Source: a virus
Length of the DNA: 64,000 bases
Strand: one strand, 5' to 3'
Virus record (IMG/VR): IMGVR_UViG_3300025645_000038
Coordinates: 100,846-164,845 of that record
Numbering within the stretch: the first letter of the stretch is position 1; the number at the start of each line of letters is the position of its first letter. Below the pieces are notes generated by a model that did not search any database, was not told the DNA's origin, and was given only the letters and a program-made list of their open reading frames with translations. Positions 58,478-64,000 of this stretch are shown here, piece by piece. Position numbers and translations under genes: made by a program.

Positions 58478-60203
58478 ATTAAAAGATATAGATTTAGGTT
58501 CTCTTGGTATTATACTCAACAAAGCTGGTAGAGTAGTTGATGGTGTGAATCATGGTAGAATGGTTCTCAAAGGAGATGGTGTCTATTATAAGATATTTGA
58601 TAAAGAGTATTGTCGTAGAGAAAACTTTGTAAAAGCTCTTGAGGCTGGTTTCTTTGAAGAGGTTGCACCAGCTCTTCAATCACTAATAGTTGATGGAGAT
58701 GATATAGTTGGTTATGTCTGTGAGCTTGGGGAGTTAATAGGTTCAGAGTTTGATAAAGTTCCCGATGATTTCTATCAAAAGGTACTATCTTTGGTAAATG
58801 AAAAAAAAATGTTCTTTTACGATTTGGTCTCGATAAATATTATTAGAACAAAGAATGGTGAACTAAGTCTTATTGATTTGGAAAGCGTGTATGACATAGA
58901 TGAGTTATATACCATAGACAAACATAATGCTAAAGTTAAACCAGACTATTATTACACAGAGTTACAAAGGTTATGGAAGAAAAATATGAAAAAGATAAGT
59001 TTTATACAACCAAGTAGAAACAACTTAAAATACCTCAAATGGTCTTACAATAGTATCAGAAAAAACTTAGGTTCTGAACATGAAATATGTTGGGCTGATG
59101 ATTTCTCAGATGATGGTACTTGGGATTGGATGAATAAGATAATGAGAAAAGACGAAAACGTACAGATAATGAGAAACGATGGGCCCGATAGGTTAGGACA
59201 TACAATACTGTATGATAGGTTAGTAGATATGGCTACCAATGATATTGTGATGATATATCATGCTGATATGTATGCGTGTCCTAATATGGATGTGGAAGTT
59301 CTAAAACATCTACAGCCTGGAAAGGTTGTCTCAGCCACACGCATAGAGCCACCACTACATCCTGATGGTCCCGAAAAGATACTACAGGATTTCGGTATAG
59401 AACCTGAAGAGTTCGATGAGTTAGGATTAATGAGTTTTCTTAACGAAGATAAACAAACGGGTGATAATAAACTTACCGAAGGTATATTCGCACCTTGGGC
59501 TATATACAAAGAAGACTTTCAATCCATTGGTGGACACGATCCTTTATACGCTCCACAATCAAAAGAGGACTCTGATATATTCAATCGGTTTGTATTAGCT
59601 GGTTATAATACGATACAGACTTGGAAAGGGTTCGTATACCATATGACTTGTAGAGGTAGTAGATTTAAGGATGGAGCTATGAGAAACCCAGCAGGTCAAG
59701 TATTTATGAAGGGTAGAGAATCATCAGAGTGGTTAGCTCAAAATCTTAGGTCAACTCGTAACTTTATTCGTAAGTGGGGACATATGGTAAAACATGATGA
59801 GTATCTTAAACCGATAGTACCACCTAAATATGATATAGGTTTTGTGGCTTATAATTGTGATAAGAACCTATTAAGAGAATTAGAACCTTGGTGTAGTAAG
59901 ATATACCTTGACTTTGGTTCAGACTATTTGGGTGATTATATAAAGGAAGAGCAACCAGATACTCAGTTTGATTTGGGAGAGAGGATAAAGTTATATGGTA
60001 ACAGTAAAATATCAGAGTTGCATGATATTTGTGTTGAGTTTGATTGTCGTAATCTCAACGCTAATAACTTTCAAGTAATAGTAAACCTATCAGAGATAAT
60101 AAAAGAAAGTGGTGAAGTAGGTATAATGGAACATGAGATATTCAAGTTTTATATAAATTCATTGGATACATACGAAAAGGATTTAATTATATGCAAGTCT
60201 TAG
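58458..60203 (+). CDS. Kinase-like domain fused to GT2 glycosyltransferase
   Basis: YYKIF, DL...NII, LIDLES; then ISFI.P.RNN, DD.S.DGT, HADM, GG.D, EDSD, YH. Confidence 0.8.
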   Translation: MMLEKIKLKDIDLGSLGIILNKAGRVVDGVNHGRMVLKGDGVYYKIFDKEYCRRENFVKALEAGFFEEVAPALQSLIVDGDDIVGYVCELGELIGSEFDKVPDDFYQKVLSLVNEKKMFFYDLVSINIIRTKNGELSLIDLESVYDIDELYTIDKHNAKVKPDYYYTELQRLWKKNMKKISFIQPSRNNLKYLKWSYNSIRKNLGSEHEICWADDFSDDGTWDWMNKIMRKDENVQIMRNDGPDRLGHTILYDRLVDMATNDIVMIYHADMYACPNMDVEVLKHLQPGKVVSATRIEPPLHPDGPEKILQDFGIEPEEFDELGLMSFLNEDKQTGDNKLTEGIFAPWAIYKEDFQSIGGHDPLYAPQSKEDSDIFNRFVLAGYNTIQTWKGFVYHMTCRGSRFKDGAMRNPAGQVFMKGRESSEWLAQNLRSTRNFIRKWGHMVKHDEYLKPIVPPKYDIGFVAYNCDKNLLRELEPWCSKIYLDFGSDYLGDYIKEEQPDTQFDLGERIKLYGNSKISELHDICVEFDCRNLNANNFQVIVNLSEIIKESGEVGIMEHEIFKFYINSLDTYEKDLIICKS

Positions 60204-61069
60204 TTACAGGAGGAGTAGGATTCGTAGGTTCTAATTTAATAGAAAAACTACATAAACAAGGACATGAAGTGATATCTGTAGATAACTATTCTACAGGCAA
60301 AAAAGAGAATGAACATTCTTTTTGTAAATATCATAATGTCGATTTACAAGAACATCCTTTGGAATATGTAAAGATGGAGAAACCAGACATTATATATCAT
60401 TTAGCAGCTAAAGCTAGGATACTACCATCAATACAGAATCCATTACACACTATGAAAAATAATGTAAATAGTATGATACATGTATTAGATTATGCTAGAA
60501 GTAAGAATGTACCCGTAGTATATGCTGGTTCATCGTCTGTTGTTGGTGACATCTATTCTAATCCGTACACATTGTCTAAATTTTATGGTGAAGAACTATG
60601 CAAGATGTATTCAGAGGTTTATGATACACCAATATCTATATGTAGGTTTTATAATGTTTATGGTAAGTATCAGCTTACTGAAGGGGCTTATTGTACGCTT
60701 ATTGGTATCTTTGAGAGACTATATAACAACAACCAGCCCTTGACTATTACAGGTGATGGAGAACAAAGACGAGATTTTACTCATGTTGATGACATTGTGG
60801 ATGGGTTGATTAGATGTGGTAAAGGATTAAATAGTTCTGGTGATAGATTAGTTATCATGGGAAAAACTTTTGAATTGGGTAGGGGTAAAAACTATTCAGT
60901 AAATGAGATAGCTGATACATTTGGTGATTATCCAAGAGAGTATATAGATGTAAGGCCTGGTGAAATGAGAAACACGCTAAATACTGATACAATGGCTAAA
61001 GATATGTTAGGTTGGAATCCAAAGGGTGATGTGATAGATTACATAAAAAATAACATTTTGAAGAAATGA
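60191..61069 (+). CDS. NAD-dependent nucleotide-sugar epimerase/dehydratase
   Basis: TGG.GF.GS, HLAA, SSS, Y..SK, R.YNVYG, GDG.Q.RDF.HV.D. Confidence 0.93.
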   Translation: MQVLVTGGVGFVGSNLIEKLHKQGHEVISVDNYSTGKKENEHSFCKYHNVDLQEHPLEYVKMEKPDIIYHLAAKARILPSIQNPLHTMKNNVNSMIHVLDYARSKNVPVVYAGSSSVVGDIYSNPYTLSKFYGEELCKMYSEVYDTPISICRFYNVYGKYQLTEGAYCTLIGIFERLYNNNQPLTITGDGEQRRDFTHVDDIVDGLIRCGKGLNSSGDRLVIMGKTFELGRGKNYSVNEIADTFGDYPREYIDVRPGEMRNTLNTDTMAKDMLGWNPKGDVIDYIKNNILKK

Positions 61070-61302
61070 CATACTATATATTATTAGAAGGAGATTCCAA
61101 AAACGCTATTTGGGATGAGAATACGTTAGGAGAAGAATCCTTTGGAACATTTTATACAGGAGCTGGTTTTAAGGCGTTAAATACAATAGTTATGAGTGAA
61201 TCACATTTAGTAGAAACAGTCAAAATAGTAGATGAAAAGAATCAGTCTTATTCAGTAGAAGAGTTTGTAAAATTAATATCAAAATGGAAAATTAGGTCTT
61301 GA
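61066..61302 (+). CDS. Hypothetical protein
   Basis: 78-aa coupled ORF. Confidence 0.7.
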   Translation: MTYYILLEGDSKNAIWDENTLGEESFGTFYTGAGFKALNTIVMSESHLVETVKIVDEKNQSYSVEEFVKLISKWKIRS

Positions 61303-61330
61303 CTTATATACCATTTTGTTCGTAGCTTTA
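61298..61330 (+). promoter_or_regulatory. Sigma70-like (early) promoter
   Basis: CTTGACTT...TCGTAGCTTTA with 18-nt spacer. Confidence 0.72.
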
Positions 61331-61341
61331 GGAGTAAGTTA

Positions 61342-61512
61342 ATGGTGGATTATAGATATTTAGAAGAGCTTGAAGACGAAGCATTTGAAGAAAAAACTAA
61401 ACCAAAAAGAAAACCAAAGAAACAAAAGAAAAAATGGAAGGAATTAAGTAATGAGTCTAAAAGGAATAAAAAGACTGGTAAGCTATGGACTAATAAGTCT
61501 AACGGGATTTAA
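61342..61512 (+). CDS. Unannotated 56-aa acidic/basic bipartite protein
   Basis: SD GGAG; MVDYRYLEELEDEAFEEKTKPKRKPKKQKKKW... Confidence 0.55.
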   Translation: MVDYRYLEELEDEAFEEKTKPKRKPKKQKKKWKELSNESKRNKKTGKLWTNKSNGI

Positions 61513-62005
61513 TTTATTTGTAGGGTGTTCATCTCCCTACGAACCAACAGAACTATCTACAATAGAATTTGAGTTAGACACTCGTATGTCTATAGATGGT
61601 AATGGTTATTATCATCTAACATTGGATACAACAAAGTGGCAGACACCTCATAGATTGAGTGGACATGTTTACAGAGATGGTAAACCAATGAATATACTGA
61701 AGTTTGGTTGGGGTAGTAATCACTATTGGATTATAGGAGACGACTTCGGTTATTTTGTAGCAAATACAGGACTAACTGATAATGGAACATATATTGGCTA
61801 TGATACAACATATGTAGATTGGTTTGAAGGATATACAGTACCTATAGTCAACGGTTCATCTTATAGTAACGAGAGTGGAGAAGTAAACACAATGATGGCT
61901 CCTACACGAAACATGAAAGGTGATACTGCTACTATATTCTATGGTTGGTATGATGATTGGAAAGATGAAGAGATAATCGGTGAATTTTATGTAATATTTG
62001 ATTAG
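61451..62005 (+). CDS. Putative lipoprotein
   Basis: Basic N-terminus, hydrophobic stretch and lipobox LFVGC. Confidence 0.65.
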   Translation: MSLKGIKRLVSYGLISLTGFNLFVGCSSPYEPTELSTIEFELDTRMSIDGNGYYHLTLDTTKWQTPHRLSGHVYRDGKPMNILKFGWGSNHYWIIGDDFGYFVANTGLTDNGTYIGYDTTYVDWFEGYTVPIVNGSSYSNESGEVNTMMAPTRNMKGDTATIFYGWYDDWKDEEIIGEFYVIFD

Positions 62006-62016
62006 GAGTTATTATT

Positions 62017-62289
62017 ATGTTGTACGTTATGATAGATAAAAACTATGAGATAGTTAATACTATAGAAGCAGAAAGTTTGAATCACGCTGAAGAATATTTT
62101 GTATCAAGAAAACAATTCGTAGACAAGGATACATTCGATAGTCTGTATAAGGTGTTGTCAAAACAAGAGTATAATTTAAATCAAGAAGCCTTTGAAAGAA
62201 AACCATCATCGGAACAGATACAATGGTGGAAAGACGAAGAGACTTATTTGGATGCTGATGCACCCATAACAAAGAGTAATCATGGCTAA
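62017..62289 (+). CDS. Hypothetical protein
   Basis: 90 aa, SD AGGAG. Confidence 0.7.
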   Translation: MLYVMIDKNYEIVNTIEAESLNHAEEYFVSRKQFVDKDTFDSLYKVLSKQEYNLNQEAFERKPSSEQIQWWKDEETYLDADAPITKSNHG

Positions 62290-62449
62290 ATTAACAAAAG
62301 AACAACAAAAAGAATTAGAGATACTAGCAGCTGAGATAGAGGCTGAAGCTATCCAAATGAAATTAGACTACGAACAAACACCATCGGAAGAGAGTGGTAG
62401 CATAGTGGTGGTTCATGAAAACGCTAAAATATTGGATGAAGAAGAATAA
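62282..62449 (+). CDS. Unannotated 55-aa acidic protein
   Basis: MAKLTKEQQKELEILAAEIEAEAIQM...; fills the gap and overlaps both neighbours. Confidence 0.6.
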   Translation: MAKLTKEQQKELEILAAEIEAEAIQMKLDYEQTPSEESGSIVVVHENAKILDEEE

Positions 62450-63188
62450 ATACGTAGACACATCTAAACTATCTGTTAGGGAGATAGATAGAAAAGTGGC
62501 TAAGGATATGGTGGTAAAATACCATTACTCTAAACAATGGACTAAATGTAGTGTTGCTCTTGGGTTATACTATACCACAGGTAATGAACATCAGTTCTTT
62601 GATGAGCCAGAAGAAAAGTTAATCGGTACGATATGTTATGGAGACCCTATAGGAAGACACTCAGGAGCCTCTATATCAGCGGCTATACCAAGAGAGAATG
62701 TCTATGAGTTGGTAAGGTTATTCGTACATGATGGTTATGGTAGTAATATTGAGTCTTATCTAATAGGAGAAGGATTCAATTGGTTAAAGAAGAATAGAGA
62801 CGATATAAAGGCTCTCATATCATACTCAGATCCACAACAAGGTCATGTCGGTACGATATATCAAGCTACTAATTGGTTATATCAAGGTAATAAGATAAGA
62901 CCAAATGATAGCTGGTTATTTAAATGGGAAGAGGAAGGTAAGTGGCAACATGGTAGAACTATCTTTCCATACTACGGGACAAACGACATAGAGAAGATGA
63001 AAGATTTAGTTGAGAAAGACTTTTGGATAAAGAAAGAGCTAAGAAAACATAGGTATGTATATCTGCTCGGTAGTAAGAATGAAAAGAGGAAGGCTCTAAA
63101 GAATTTAAAACATCCACTATTCCCCTATCCTAAGACAGCGGATATAGTGGAACCAGAAGTAATTAAAATTAATGTAAGGAGTAAATAA
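62436..63188 (+). CDS. Mom-like DNA adenine-modification enzyme, paralog 3
   Basis: YHYS, YEL.RLF.HDGYG.NIES, ISYSDP.QGH.G.IYQATNW.YQG, KHRY; start placed at MKKNKYVD. Confidence 0.8.
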   Translation: MKKNKYVDTSKLSVREIDRKVAKDMVVKYHYSKQWTKCSVALGLYYTTGNEHQFFDEPEEKLIGTICYGDPIGRHSGASISAAIPRENVYELVRLFVHDGYGSNIESYLIGEGFNWLKKNRDDIKALISYSDPQQGHVGTIYQATNWLYQGNKIRPNDSWLFKWEEEGKWQHGRTIFPYYGTNDIEKMKDLVEKDFWIKKELRKHRYVYLLGSKNEKRKALKNLKHPLFPYPKTADIVEPEVIKINVRSK

Positions 63189-63301
63189 TGGACACAATAG
63201 GAATGTGGAACGAACTAGGTTATCTAGATGGTATATTATTCACGGTATGGTTAGGTATACTATACTATGGTAAGTGCTGGATAGATAGTAAATTTAAATA
63301 A
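63188..63301 (+). CDS. Unannotated 37-aa membrane peptide
   Basis: TAATG coupling; MDTIGMWNELGYLDGILFTVWLGILYYGKCWIDSKFK. Confidence 0.55.
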   Translation: MDTIGMWNELGYLDGILFTVWLGILYYGKCWIDSKFK

Positions 63302-63319
63302 ATAATAAGGAGTAATATA

Positions 63320-63427
63320 ATGAACGAAACACAAGCAAATCAGATGATTAATCTTTTGGTATCAATAGAACATAAGTTAAATTCTATAGTTAAAAAGCTA
63401 GAAGAAAAGAAACCAAAAGGTAAATAA
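63320..63427 (+). CDS. Unannotated 35-aa protein
   Basis: SD AAGGAG; TAATG coupling to the next gene. Confidence 0.55.
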   Translation: MNETQANQMINLLVSIEHKLNSIVKKLEEKKPKGK

Positions 63428-63666
63428 TGGATATAACAATAATAGGCTGGGTATGGTTAGGAATATTAGTAGGAACCATACTCGGCTTCATGTTGTGTTC
63501 TTGGTTAACACAATCTAAAGTATCAGACTTAGAGTCAGAGATAGTACATCACATATTCGTAAGAGACTCGCTAAAAGAAGAGATAATCAAGCTAGATAAT
63601 CAAGCTAAACCAAAGCCAAGAAAACGAAGAAATATTAAAGCAAAATCAATAAAAGTTGGTGATTAA
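63427..63666 (+). CDS. Small membrane-anchored protein
   Basis: N-terminal TM helix, coiled coil, basic tail. Confidence 0.65.
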   Translation: MDITIIGWVWLGILVGTILGFMLCSWLTQSKVSDLESEIVHHIFVRDSLKEEIIKLDNQAKPKPRKRRNIKAKSIKVGD

Positions 63667-63678
63667 ATAACTTACTAT

Positions 63679-63687
63679 ATACTTATT
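63679..63687 (+). promoter_or_regulatory. Putative phage promoter motif (ATACTTATT)
   Basis: Recurring motif upstream of the last ORF. Confidence 0.5.
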
Positions 63688-63734
63688 ACTAAGTTAGAAA
63701 CTTGCAAGACTATAACTTAAACGGAGATTAGATA

Positions 63735-64000
63735 GTGAATCAAAATGACCGAAAGGAATTTGAGATTGTTCATTTGAAGATAGATGAACTCAAAAATGAT
63801 ATAGTAGAACTAAAAGCAGATATGGAAAAGGCTCATTCTAAAACGGATGAAAATCTCAGCTTCATTAAGGAAAATCTATTTAATCCCAATCAAGGCTTGT
63901 GGGCTGAAACAAAAGAGAACACACGACATAGACAAGACTCACAGAAGTGGAGAATGACTATCGGTGCCGGTTTTATAGGGTTATTTTTTAAACAAATATA
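63735..64000 (+). CDS. Partial ORF, coiled coil followed by a hydrophobic segment
   Basis: SD GGAG, GTG start, MNQNDRKEFEIVHLKIDELK...; open to the window end. Confidence 0.6.
   Translation, partial: MNQNDRKEFEIVHLKIDELKNDIVELKADMEKAHSKTDENLSFIKENLFNPNQGLWAETKENTRHRQDSQKWRMTIGAGFIGLFFKQI

Noticed and set aside
34494-61069. Host O-antigen locus or chimeric assembly
   Set aside because: Same strand, similar composition and same promoter motif as the phage genes, coupled to phage-type genes at both ends, and lacking wzx/wzy/ABC export genes; read-level checks would be definitive
1-64000. Alternative genetic code (stop reassignment)
   Set aside because: Genes are full length under the standard code, and TAG and TGA end genes at coupled junctions

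Overview
A 64-kb AT-rich segment of a large contractile-tailed (T4-like, myovirus-type) bacteriophage genome. All supported genes are on the + strand and most have GGAG-type Shine-Dalgarno sites. Order: (1) 1-11.5 kb tail/baseplate module (sheath end, tube, gp26-like chaperone with a probable +1-frameshift extension, tape measure, baseplate proteins). (2) 11.5-34.5 kb replication and nucleotide module: ThyX, a thumb-less family A polymerase, gp32-like SSB, RecA/UvsX, RNase H/FEN, DnaB/gp41 helicase, class II B12-dependent RNR followed by a TonB-dependent receptor, family B polymerase, sliding clamp and clamp loader interleaved with two Mom-like DNA-modification genes, an Nmad1-type protein, a PD-(D/E)XK nuclease, a SLOG protein and an RHH regulator. 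(3) 34.5-61 kb: a ~27-kb glycan synthesis and decoration island. (4) 61-64 kb: small genes, a lipoprotein and a third Mom-like gene. Two recurring promoter-like motifs, two terminators and two structured RNA leaders are visible. The TBDR architecture, promoter form and SD usage hint at a non-Bacteroidota FCB-group host such as Marinimicrobia (inference). I saw no tRNA, rRNA, CRISPR array, intein or IS element. All family calls come from motif recognition by eye; no database search was run.
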